Assembly: GCA_965120345.2 (NCBI GenBank)
Contig: CBCPNL020000220.1
Coordinates: 71,340 to 103,339, forward strand
DNA: 32,000 bases
Reading direction: 5' to 3'
DNA from: Rotaria magnacalcarata
Taxonomy: Eukaryota
The stretch's first letter is position 1. Every line of letters starts with the position of its first letter. Below are positions 1 to 11,978 of the stretch, piece by piece. The notes under the pieces were generated by a model. It had not been told where the DNA came from, did no database searches, and was given only the letters and a program-made list of their open reading frames with translations. The position numbers and the translations under genes are program-made.

Positions 1-3000
1 GATTGTTTGCTGAAAAGTCTAATTGTTTTCAAATTTATAATTTCATTTGATAAAGTGTGAAAACAAGTTTGTATGAATCCACAATATAAACGGTTTTGAA
101 ATCAATTATGTAATGATGTTTGAGTTCTTTCCCTTTGAAATTGCTAATATAATGTATATTTTCTTTATTTTTTACAATCAAAGGACATCATCAGTAAGAA
201 AAATGATATTAGTAATTAAGATTGAACTATTTGTTATATAATATATTTTATATTCGATTTCGAATCAAGTCTGATGAGCGCCAATGTATCACCTCCTTCT
301 TCGGAAACAAAAATGAAATTTCTATAAAATCTTTAGAGAACGAAAATATATCAAAATGAAAATTTTCTACAGAAGTTCATTTTATTATTTCGTAAAATAT
401 GTTTTTAATTTTATTGTCAAACACTTTTCTTGTTAACATTATAACAATATGTCAAAAAATAAACTAAAAAACAATAAAATGACAATGCGTACAGAATATT
501 TAGTAATAAAAATATAGCCTAAAATCCTTGAGCTATTCAAAAGTATACGTGAAACATTGTGAGGATTTTACTAATTTTGATTTATAATTTTTACTTTATT
601 CTATTTTCAAATTAATTTTTATTCTGAGTGAAATTTAAAAATAAAACAATAACAGTACGAAATATCTTTCTATATTTCGTTTATTTAACTCAATTATCAA
701 TCACATAATTTATTTAGTATTCTATTATATGACTATCCTAAATTTTTTTCTCGAAAATACTACACAATAGTTCCCAAGTCAAAATCGTTACTAATGAATG
801 CTCATACCAAACATAAAAATATTTGTTTAACTCTTCAACAATTACATTGGCTTTCATGTCCCTTTTAACAAGTATACCAAACTAAAGTTCACTTGAAAGT
901 ATTCTTACATTATATTTACTGCGTCAATAGCCATTACAATGTTCTCTTGTAAAAAAAAGAATCATATGTTAATAAGAACCAGTCAATTTATTTCATTCCA
1001 TACAATGGCTTAAATCCGGCAATCTCCATATATTGCATCAATATGTGTGTCGTTTTTCAAAGTTGAGAATTGCTTTTTTTTTGTTGAAGAATTTCTCATC
1101 GATTGCAATGCAACTAGGCATCAGATATTATAATTGAAAATTTAATTTTGGAGAACGTGAGCTGTGAATTATCCAATGTAATTAAATATTATGAAAATCT
1201 TCTAAACATTTTTCTGTCCTATTTATTTTAAATTTTTCAGCAACAATTTGAAGTTAGTTCTGAAACAATATTTTCATGTATCATGAATTACGTTTTTACA
1301 ACTAAATATCGCTTAAGTTTTCAAGCGAGATCATTTTGTTATTCGACCTTAAGAAATAATTGCTGTGAATTCAATCATTTTGTAAAAAATCTCCGGGTTG
1401 AGAATATAGATATTGACAAATCTACGGGATGCTGTAAAAATTACCGCCATATGTGAATTGCCAACTTCTTCAAATAACCTAGTCCTTCCTTAACGAAAAA
1501 AGAGAGTATCGAAAAGCATTGGTAGCCGGAATGAAACTTGATCATCTCGATGCCCAATGAAACTTAATTAGAAGTTAATTGACTCTCTGAGAGTACTACT
1601 CTTGCAAAATACACTATTATGACGCCTTACAGTTCAGGACTCATAGTTTTCCTTGATAGTTATGTGCAATAAAACTCAGTTTAAAATTTTATTGAAAATT
1701 CAATGAAGAATCTTTTGACTAAACACATTAATTCCTGGTAATAAAAAAAGGTTCGTCTTTGATATCAATCTAATTGGTAAAAATTTTTTAAAAATATGAA
1801 ATATAAACGAACAATAATAGCAATACGGTAAAGAAATTTTTTGGTACTTCCGAAAAATATTTTTTAATTATTTTTTTCTTTCTATGAAACGATTCAAGAG
1901 AAGCTCTAATACTAACATTCTACAAATCATTATATTGTAGTGGACTAAATATGCACAATGAACTTTTATAATCATTACATTCACAATGAATATTTTAATA
2001 ATAAAACAAACGTTTGTCGATGTAACTATATAATTGATAAAAAAATCAATCTACCGAAAGAATCGAACTATTGAATTTACATGTTATTAACACTTGAAAT
2101 AATCGTTTGACAAGTAAAACTTATTTTATTGGATTGTTCAATAATTCAATTGACAGCGATTTGTCTTTTTTTATTCATTTTAAGGTAAAAATTTCGAAAG
2201 TTAAAATGAACTATCGGTGATTACAATCCAAGTAACATATTCAATACTCAATAAATCTATATTGAATTGTTTTTAACTAATTCAATTTCTCAATTTATAT
2301 ATCAAACAAATACTAACGTGTTCACTTATTGCATTTTTCAATATTATTTTAACTTTTGTTATTCTAACTTTTATCAGTTGTGATCAAGAGATTCAATAAA
2401 TCGTCTCAAAGTTTACTTCTGTATAACTTCTAAAATCAAATCACATCGTGTTATGATATAATGCTTGTTGTTCTATCATCATGGCATAGATTAGAAATAT
2501 CATAAAAGAATACAGTAAACCACATAGAATTCTTGCGCACCTATATACACTAAATATAACTCAGATTTTTTATCTAAATGGAACATGTTCTTTTCATAGT
2601 TTAACAAATGTAAATAATAACTCTCATCGATTAGACATTTTCTTAAAAATATTTCTCGTTTAATTTTAAACTGAAAACTATACCAAATAATCATACGTAA
2701 CATTCTAATGAGTTTATAAAATACATACAGTAATAAATACACTCTTGAGTATCGTCTTAAACATATTTGCAACTCCATTCAATAGCATTCACTAGCAAGT
2801 CAAACAGATGTGTTTCAAAAAGAAAAGAGAAATCTTTCAATAACTTCACCAATTTAAATATCTTTCTCTAATAAATGAAATAATAATAGAATACAGTCTG
2901 TAATTAGTTTCATTATATTTTTCACTGACGTGCGAAATTTCCTATAAATTGAACGAATTAATTATATATTTGCTGATAGAACTTATTCTTTAAAAATTAC

Positions 3001-5997
3001 GAACTATCAATATTAAACCAGAAACAATTAAATAGTCTGGATGATATCTTTTAAGAATTCACTTGCGGTGTTGTTTATTTTTTTAAATGAATATCGTATT
3101 ATAGTTTGTTCTGCGAGTTAATCCATATATTTTCTGACTTGTACATCTACATGTAAACTACAGGCATTTTTTTATAGAAAGTATTGAATAAACAAATATC
3201 ATTCTTAAAAGACTCAACTCGAGAATTTTTCGAAAAGAAAAGGCGCATAGTCGAATATTGCTAATCGATTAAATACGAATTCGATAAAAATAACTTCAAG
3301 GTTGAAAGACTAAAAGAAAACAGAAGAGTCTTTTATGATTGATACTACTATTGAAATGACAAAAACGTATCGATGCAAATATGTATTTCTTTTGTTAGTT
3401 TTCACTTAAATTTTGAAATGAAAACAAAATATATAAAATCTGCTATTCTCATTGTTTATTTATTTTTCTAGCAAAGAATTCTAAATGTTGTTTCATCATT
3501 CAATAAATGATTTCGCTTTTAGATTTTATAAGAATATTGCGAAGAAAAATTCAACAGTAACAAAAGAAGTGGAAAGATATATTTAACTTTTATTCATTTA
3601 ATCACGATTGAATCGTCATTTTTCGTAACATAGAAATACATCACTTGATTAAGTTATTGTCATCGTGTCCTTACATCTGGTCAACATTTTTTCTATATTT
3701 AATTGAAATAAAAAAAGTGATATATTCAATAAGCAATAAACGTTGCTCTCTTTTTTGTTAACTACAATATTAAATTACATAATTTGTTTTACATTATCAA
3801 CTAAAAGACATGAAAAGTAAATTTCATAATTTTTTTATCACCATAGCAAAAAAACTTATTTGATTAAGAACTATAACTATGGAACCTAGAAAACAAGAAA
3901 TATAACTTGATTGTAGAGATTTTTGCAATGTTATCCAATGCAATATCTTTCTTTAACATGCATAACAAATCAAGTATTACTCGAGGCGATACTTTTTTCA
4001 TCCGTACTCGATGAATGTCGATTATTCTTTTGATGATCAAAAATAAATAGAAGCCACTGGTTGACTATGAAAAGCAATTTTAAAATACTGTTTGTTAAAT
4101 TCCGAGATAATTCAAACCGGTCTGCAATTAAGTGACTTTCATAGTATGTGCAAAACTGAAAAAGATTTGAAATTGCAACTGATTATGCTAATTATTATTT
4201 ACATCCGTTTCTAGGTAGAACATTATATAGTTTTTCAAAAATTTAAACAAATAAAACTTATTTAGTTGCATGCTAATATGGAAGTCGATTATTTCCAGTT
4301 TAATCAAACTTTCGTTTATTAATACTCTTACTTAATATCATGAATTGATTAGAATAATGCATTATAATGAAAATTTTCTGTATGATAATCGTTATTACTG
4401 CATCTTAGGTATCATAAATGTTCGAACTAACTTATGATTATTTTGATATTACATAGCGTATATAACATTCCAAAAAGCATGAAATTGAACTGACTATTCA
4501 AAAATTTTGGATTATTTTTCAATTTGAAATGAACGAAATGTTTCTGTTTTACTTTTTATTATTTCAATAAAAGATTCAAAGAATTTCTTTTTCAAATAAT
4601 CTATTCAAGGACACATTAATTTCTCTAATCACTGATAAATGGATATCGATTAGTATTATTAATTACAAGTACAATTTTTTTCCTATATGTCAAGCCAAAT
4701 ATGAATGCATGCTCAGTCTCGTTACTTTATTATTCAATCAGTAAGTCTATTGTCAAATTCGATTAGAACAGTTGATTGCTTCTTTGTAAATAGTTCATGT
4801 TTGATCAACGACATATGTCTTAGGTAGTAAATGAAAAATTCAAATTGACATCGAAATGCAAATTTAAAAGAAAACGACACAATCATAGAATACTGCTAGT
4901 ATTGAATACTAGCAAATATGTTCTCAATCCAAGACTAAGTTGAACAGAAAAATATTATATTAATAATCTTTGCTAATAAAGAAAATCGAAGTGATCTTAC
5001 TGAAAATTCATTGAATCGTCGAAAGATTAAATAGAAACCTTTTCAGTTCATTAAGATGATGATGTGTTATGAAATCTCTACCTTTTTTTCGTCAAAATTA
5101 ATTGAACTGTTCCATTTTCTTCATTGTGGTAGAGTTCATCTTCATCCTCATCTTATTATTTACTATTGTCTTATCAATCGTCACCCTTACCAAACGGGAT
5201 TAGTTATGTGAATCAAGATCTCTTTTTTCTTCGCTCTTTCTTATCAACATCTTTGTCAGTAAAAGATGCGATGACTAACGATTTTATACATCTTACACAA
5301 GACATAAACGCGACAACGCCATTAAATAAGAAAGATATACGTGCTTTCGACACGAACAATCATCTTTAACTATTGTGAACTAGTAGGTAAGCGATATCTT
5401 TTTAGTTCTCATTTTCTTATCGCACCATGATCGATGCCTTGTAAAATCTTTGTGATATAATTAAATATATATTAACTAAAATTATTCATGAATAATTAGG
5501 AGAAACAACAAGATCATTAAATTGTATTGCTCTAAATAACATCTATACAAAGAACAATTATCTTTATTTTTCGCCGATGAAATCCGATTGATAATACATT
5601 CTTTGATGGTTTGTTTTTGCCAAGAAGAAGAATCTGCTTTTTTTTAAGCATACACATATCCTTTCATATTGACTGTCACTGTACGACAATAATATTTTGA
5701 TTAAGAAATATTTCGAAGCTTTTTTGTGTGCACTTCGTTCTATTTCGTTTTTTTTTTAATTCAAGACTGTCAAGTTTAGCTCTTTTTTTTCTAATATGAA
5801 AAGGTTTGTGCGCCAGTTAAAGAAACAAATTGTTTTTGTTTTTTTACAGAATCTATAAGAAAAAATGAGAAAAAAGAGAAGAGTCAATTACACCTAAGGC
5901 GTAGCATGTGACGATGATGAGGATGGTAGGAAGAAGAATAAGAAGCAACAGCACCAGCAACAGCAATAACAACAGCAGCCGTCTCTCTCTTTTTATG

Positions 5998-6013
5998 TAT
6001 AAATATATAAATA
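5998..6013 (+). promoter_or_regulatory. TATA box region of a putative core promoter (TATAAATATATAAATA)
   Basis: TATA-type sequence followed about 30 bp later by an initiator-like TCACAT and then the 6316 ATG about 300 bp downstream. Confidence 0.45.
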
Positions 6014-6054
6014 CGTGTTAGCTCTGTTCCTCACATCCTCATCATCATCGGCAA

Positions 6055-6055
<1 letters not shown>

Positions 6056-6090
<35 letters not shown>
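6056..6090 (+). repeat. (GA)n microsatellite in putative 5' leader
   Basis: Direct reading: AGAGAGAG... run. Confidence 0.95.
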
Positions 6091-6092
<2 letters not shown>

Positions 6093-6190
6093 GAGAGAAA
6101 GCCGAGAAAAATTATTATGCATTGTTTTTTCCTCTTCTTATTCTGAAATCATCAACAACATCGATCGATCGCATATATAGCTATATATAT

Positions 6191-6220
6191 ACACACAAAC
6201 ACACACACACACACACACAC
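6191..6220 (+). repeat. (AC)n microsatellite
   Basis: ACACACAAACACACACACACACACACAC. Confidence 0.95.
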
Positions 6221-6315
6221 GAGTTTAGTTACCTACTGGCAAAAACAGAAAAAAAAGACGAATAACCGCTTGATTATCTATTTTATTCGTGCGCACAAAT
6301 AAGAAAACAAGCCTC

Positions 6316-6454
6316 ATGGCCTCTAGCACAACAATGAACCCCTATCGAGCACATGATTCAACTGTGTCAGTTTATCAAGTTCCAGAATTTGTTGTTGGCG
6401 GTGAAAAAATGCTTTATCATGCATTATATGGAAATGAAGCGTATGCAAAACTTC
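6316..6454 (+). CDS. Probable first coding exon (alternative first exon of the EF-hand gene): MASSTTMNPYRAHDSTVSVYQVPEFVVGGEKMLYHALYGNEAYAKL
   Basis: Protein-like N-terminus beginning with ATG and ending at a strong donor (CTTC|GTAAGT) in phase 1. This is compatible with the phase-1 acceptor at 10856 (junction ...AYAKLP-HQEQDWK...). No other phase-1 downstream exon was seen nearer. Confidence 0.55.
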
Positions 6455-7695
6455 GTAAGTTTTTATCTGACGTTTCTCTTCGTTATTTTCTTTTCCGATA
6501 AGATTTTTAAGAAAAAGTATTAGTAATGTTTAACCTGTTCTTTTAAAATCGATCAGTATTTACTCAGAAGCTCAGAAATGAACAAGAAGCACGTTTTCTT
6601 ATCGAACTAATTCCTTTTTTTCGGCCTTCAATAATGATTTGTCTTAGATGAACGTGTTTAATTGTTAAGTAATGAAGTGTGCGTGTTCGAAAACAGCTGT
6701 CCTTCAAGAATGATGAGATGTATCATGATCATGCATCTGTTGCTACCCATCATCATTATCACTACCTAAACAGACAATATATTCGTATCGATTTCAAGGA
6801 TTTTTCATTTTATATTCGCATTCTAATTGACAGCTGACGCATGCTTTCTCTTTTCAACTATTTTTTTGTTATTCGTTATTATATCTGGTAACACGAACAA
6901 TAATCAGAAAAGTCCAAAAGAAAAAAAATAAAGAATTAACATAAGTAAATAATCTTCTCATACTACAAAATATAAGCATCGTGTTCTTCTGTACGTATTC
7001 ATCTCAAATTTGATTACGCACAACAACAAAAACATAAGAGAGGTGTTTTTGTGTTGTCGATTGTGATTACAAATGCCGATTAAATTACTTCAATGACAGA
7101 CACGTCATACACACGATGACTTTTTGATTACCATCAACACGCGTTGTCCGTTTCTTTTCTAGCAAGTACCATCAATTATTAAATATTATTCGAAATGGAT
7201 CAATAATGATCCAATTGAATAGCTAGTCAAGGTTTTTCCTTTTGCTTTCTGTTAATGTTTCTAGTATAACTTAATAGTGTTAATCGATCCTTTATATAAG
7301 GTGTATGTGTATATTCATGTTTAGTCAAGGACGATAACATCAATATGACTATTCGTTACTTTATTGATAACCCATAGTTGGTTTTCATGTTCTACACAAT
7401 ATCTAGATGTTGTATTGACAAGTTTTCTTTTCCTATCGTATCATGCAATCATCAATGTTGCACTTTGTTTGATAACCTATTGAAGGCAATTATTATACCG
7501 CATCCCATAGTATGTTACTGTCTATCTCGACTTTTTCCAATCAATTATTTTTGTAGATAAAATCGAAGAAGAGTAAAACGAAATATTTATTAATTATTAA
7601 CGAGGTGTATGTGTTTATGTCTTAGAATGGAGTGCATTGAATATGTCAAGGTGATTGTTGTATATGAGTAACTGAGCAAATATGGCTGAAAACGG

Positions 7696-7732
7696 TAATA
7701 ATAATAATAATAATATAATAATAATAATAATG
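7696..7732 (+). repeat. (AAT)n trinucleotide repeat
   Basis: TAATAATAATAATAATATAATAATAATAATAATG. Confidence 0.9.
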
Positions 7733-8011
7733 ACATTAGCGATATTGAATATTTTTGAGAAGCGAGAATAAAAAAGAATTACTGGTAAGAAAGGAAAGAA
7801 ACAAGGTGGTCTTAGCAATCCAAATGCGATTCAACGATGTGATGTTATTATTATTTTTAAAAAAATTGTTTTTTTCTCTTTATGCTTTTTTTAAAGCAAT
7901 CAATTGCACGTCAAATAAACGGAAGAAAATAAATGTTGTTTCATGTACTGCTAGAGCTTGTTAACCAATTATTTTGATCATTTAAATATTAGTTACGAGT
8001 TGGAAATTACC

Positions 8012-8038
8012 AATATATATATATATATATATATATTT
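8012..8038 (+). repeat. (AT)n microsatellite
   Basis: AATATATATATATATATATATATATTT. Confidence 0.9.
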
Positions 8039-8297
8039 AAAATTTCAATGAAGATCAATAAAAGTAATAATTACACATCTAACTAAAGTTGATGTTCCTG
8101 AATCAGATTATTATTTTTTTTTATTAGATGAATAAGTATTGTCACGTATTGTAGATTGATCATATTCAAATTCCTTATCGTCTATATACATCAATTTTAT
8201 TTTTACTCGTCTCGCCGATATTTATCTGCAGGATATATTAGCTCGCAATAGTTATGACAACACTCTTCTTTCTTTATCATTGTTCTTTTACCTCTCT

Positions 8298-8298
<1 letters not shown>

Positions 8299-8330
<32 letters not shown>

Positions 8331-8332
8331 GC
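8299..8332 (+). repeat. (TA)n followed by (TATG)n compound microsatellite
   Basis: TATATATATATATATATATATGTATGTATGTATGC. Confidence 0.9.
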
Positions 8333-9187
8333 ATATCTCATAGATTCGAGTATCAATAGAAATCTTTGTCACTGATGAGAAAATAAGACAAAGAAAACTA
8401 AATTAGTCGAACATCATTTTCTTTAGGTCGTGATGAGCTTTGTCTGAAGAGTAATACATATAGATGTTTATTCTGCCATCACACATGATCATTAGTTTAC
8501 TAAATCGGACAACGACAAAGTGAAGAGTAAATATGCATTGCTACTCCTTCACACTTAGTACTAGTACATAAGAGACGCCCACAAGTGTGTAAACGTTGAA
8601 CTAAACAGGATGAACAATATGGCAATAAGAAAAGATTTTTTTAATACAAAGAGAGAAGGACTCAAATAAAGAACATTAAATGATACACACTAAAAAGGTT
8701 AATACATTAGATTCATCTCGGCTTGATAGAGTATGTGGGTGGTCTGACCATATCAATTAGCATCATAGGTAACTCTCTTCTCCTCTCTATCGATAATTAT
8801 GTGCCTATTAGCATATGCAAAAAAGAAGAGATGAGAGGACTTCTCTCTGTCCCTCTCTTCACCTCGATATCGAGTTGAAAAGTTCACAGAGAAGTGCGCA
8901 CATATACATATATCATTGATAGTATGTCTATGTGTGCTTCTTTTCATCGATTATCTTTATTATTTGGCAAGTTCAATGTTTCGATTATTTTATTATTCGC
9001 TAATTTAGTTGAATTCAAATAATCATATCGGTATGACCTTTCCATTACTGCCAACTTGTATCCATTTGACAATCTTTTATTGTCGGTTGTCATGCCAAAA
9101 AAGAAATGTATGGTGTAATATCTGAGTCAAGACGCGACCATAGAAAAGAACACAAATATGAACGGACTGGGCAGAGCATAACGGGCC

Positions 9188-9225
9188 AGAGCAGAGAGAG
9201 AGAGAGACAGAGAGAGAGAGAGAAA
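9188..9225 (+). repeat. (GA)n microsatellite upstream of the second TATA candidate
   Basis: AGAGCAGAGAGAGAGAGAGACAGAGAGAGAGAGAGAAAG. Confidence 0.95.
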
Positions 9226-9249
9226 GAAGAGGATTTTTTATTCTGCATG

Positions 9250-9257
9250 TATATAAA
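9250..9257 (+). promoter_or_regulatory. Second TATA box candidate (TATATAAA)
   Basis: GTATATAAATTG lies just after a GA-rich tract (9188-9225). A strong donor-like GTG|GTAAGT occurs about 110 bp downstream (9363), which would fit a non-coding leader exon. Confidence 0.3.
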
Positions 9258-10352
9258 TTGAAGTGCGTGCAGACAAAGTCGTATATGTTATTGGTAGTAA
9301 GGAGCAATATTGGTAACTAGAAGACTACAACTAAGCTAGGTGATTTACTACTAGAAAGGAGTGGTAAGTCGTATTAATGACATAAATAATCTTTTCTTCC
9401 ATACATAGATTTCACAACAAAAATTGTCTCTAAACTTAGGAGTGAAAAGTAGAAAGAAAGCAATTTCTTTTTTTCGAAGTTTTACATTTATTAAGCTGAC
9501 CTTTCAAAAGATATGTATTTCACATATCATGTTATGAAACTGAGCTCTTTCTCTCCCTATGGCTCTCGTTTTTTTTTTCTAATGATGATAATCATCATAA
9601 AGGTAATGGAGTGAGAAAAAGAAAAAAGAAAGAAAAAACGCAATAAGACCAAGAAATGGAGGTTTCGTGTCATTCCATTTCATTTCTTTTTTTAGGTCCT
9701 TCTTGATTCTTTTCTTTTTTTCTTTCTTCTTTCGATTACAGTAGATTGGTGTCCGAAAAAGAGTGTGCTTAAGCTTTTTTTCGTCTCTTTCTCTCCTTGA
9801 ATTAAGTTTTTCTTTTAGGTGTAGCCTAAAAAAATCGAGAATACCGCAAATCATCCAATTCAGTGCACTATGATGAATATACAAACATACTTGAGAGAAC
9901 GAGTGCGCTTACCTGTTTAAAAATTCCAAATATTGAATATGCATTTCTTTCTCCCTCCCTCTCTCTCTATTTCTCTCTTTTTCGTGTCTGTTGAATGATG
10001 CAATCGTGAACTCAGGGAAAGCGAACGAAAACGAGACAAAGCAAAAGGGAAGAATTGAAAATTCGTCGTAGTCGAACCACTTCCATCAACACAGGCATTG
10101 AATTGCATTCATATTTTCTTTTTTACCTTTCCTCTCTCTCTCTCCTTCTCGTTGTGTCTTCAGTTACATATACACTACCTTTTTTTTGCTTGCTTGGCTT
10201 GTGTGTCGTCGCCGCTTCGTTTGTGTATGTGTGATGCCATGAGTTGCAAGAACGAGTACGGCCTGTTTTTTTCTTCTTCTTCTTCATCGACGCAATCGTC
10301 GATAGTTTGGTCGTAACAACAAACGGTCGGTATACGGAACATATCTTATTCA

Positions 10353-10436
10353 ATGGAGTATCACCATCCACCCGTGATTATTTCAACGACACCCAACAAT
10401 GTCCTCGGTGTGTAGTTCATATCTATGTATCTGTCA

Positions 10437-10474
<38 letters not shown>

Positions 10475-11583
10475 TATATATAGATAAATATACTTAAGCG
10501 AACGTCAAGGTTTACTAACAGGATTATGAACTTGTCTTCTAAGCGAGTATGAATAACCTTCAATATAAACGACAGTCGTATGCTTTGTAAAGGATTGTGT
10601 TGTAGCTATAAAAAGAAAAATGAATTTATAATAGACACAAGAGTTTTTCAAGAGACCTCTATTCTTCTTTTCTTTTCTTTTTCATCAGCGGAAAAATTAA
10701 AAAGAAAAAGACAAGAAAAGCTCTTTCTGACCTATAAAATCAATTTCTTTTTGATTTTCCTTATCAAATTGACCTTATCCTATCGTAAATAAAATAAAAT
10801 AAAATAAAATAAAAGGAAAAAAAGAACCCTTCTATATATCTATTATCTATGCTAGCCCATCAAGAACAAGATTGGAAGATCATGCAAGTAATCAATAATA
10901 AAATTCGCGATGATATTGTTAAAAAATATGCTCAATATACAAAACGTGTTAATGGTGAAATGATTAAAGGTATAAAATAAACAAACTTAAAAAAAAGAAG
11001 TATTTATTTTAAATTTAGTGATGTATGAGTGGTTTGAGCGCGGTGATCGTCGAAATCGTCAACAAACCTCGTACGATATACACGCAGATAAACATTTTCG
11101 TCTTGAAATAAGTAAAGATACATTTGAACAATTTAATGATCGATTACCACGTATGATTAAAATTTTTTTTTCTTTTTATTCAAATAATAAGGTTTTTCGT
11201 CTCTCTATTAGATGTACGACGATTAACATTTGAACAATTTTGCGAATTATTAGCGCCAATTATTACAGGTCAATATAATGATTATCAACTACGACGAACA
11301 TTTGAAACATTAGATTCTGATAATGATAATTATTTAAATCAACAAGAAATAGAAAACTTACTTATTGTTGTCGGTCGATCAGAATCAAATTATAAAATAT
11401 CAGATATGATTGGACGTTTGACAACACGTAAAAAACTTAGTTTCGAAGGTAAAAATTACATTTTGTGTTGTTTGTGCAATTTGTTGTTGTTTTTTCTTCA
11501 AAGATTTCAAGCAATTTATTAACAATGGCTTTGCTCGCGAATTATTAATGCCCTCATGTAATAATGGATATGGAAATCGTTAA
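10353..11583 (+). CDS. EF-hand (calmodulin-like) calcium-binding protein, 205 aa, 5 exons (downstream-promoter isoform)
   Basis: Exons 10353-10407, 10856-10969, 11019-11150, 11212-11448, 11504-11583; all GT-AG, every junction phase 1, total 618 nt ending in TAA. Product: [217 protein letters not shown] is a 12-residue EF-hand loop with D at 1, 3 and 5 and E at 12. Exons 2-5 are strong; the first exon (10353) is weaker. Confidence 0.8.
10440..10473 (+). repeat. (AT)n microsatellite in intron 1 of the EF-hand gene
   Basis: Direct reading of alternating AT. Confidence 0.95.
10788..10814 (+). repeat. (AAAAT)n pentanucleotide repeat
   Basis: AATAAAATAAAATAAAATAAAATAAAA. Confidence 0.9.
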
Positions 11584-11972
11584 GCGAAAAATCTCGAATG
11601 CTATTTTTTTAAATTCTATGTATATGTATACGCATGCAGCCAAAAAACCGATCTTTTTTCTTTTTCGCTTTGTCTCGTAGTGTTCGTTTTTTTCTCGAAG
11701 CTTCTTCTCTATCTTCTTAATTTGCTTGTTTTTTTCTTCTGGAATGTCTGTCAGATTGTTTTCGATTTTATTGGGCATAGGGACAGATCTGAGACACATC
11801 CCGCTTACCTTCCAACATTCTCGGTGAAACTATCATTCATGCGTATCTCTATATATTCTATATACATATATATATATATATATTTTTTTTCTTCTTCTTA
11901 TGTATAATGAATGGCTTGCTTCAATGTATGTATGCGCGTTGTTTTATTCAAGATAAGGGAAATATACTAAAA

Positions 11973-11978
11973 AATAAA
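11973..11978 (+). terminator. Candidate polyadenylation signal AATAAA for the EF-hand gene
   Basis: AATAAATAAAAAAGTGTTTTATGTTGGTG: AATAAA followed by GU-rich sequence, about 390 bp after the stop codon. Confidence 0.35.

Noticed and set aside
5166-5369. 67-aa ORF MSYQSSPLPNGISYVNQ...
   Set aside because: No family resemblance and no phase-compatible splice partner I could justify; could be part of a leader exon but unsupported.
9579-10483. Several ORFs rich in F, S, R, K (9579, 9917, 10098, 10123, 10244)
   Set aside because: They translate CT/GA microsatellites and a (AT)n run (YIYIYIY); low-complexity artefacts. Only the ATG at 10353, in a different reading, was kept as an exon candidate.
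11018-11233. 71-aa ORF starting at GTG 11018
   Set aside because: Start lies on the intron acceptor G and the tail ([25 protein letters not shown]) reads an intron; the true exon is 11019-11150.
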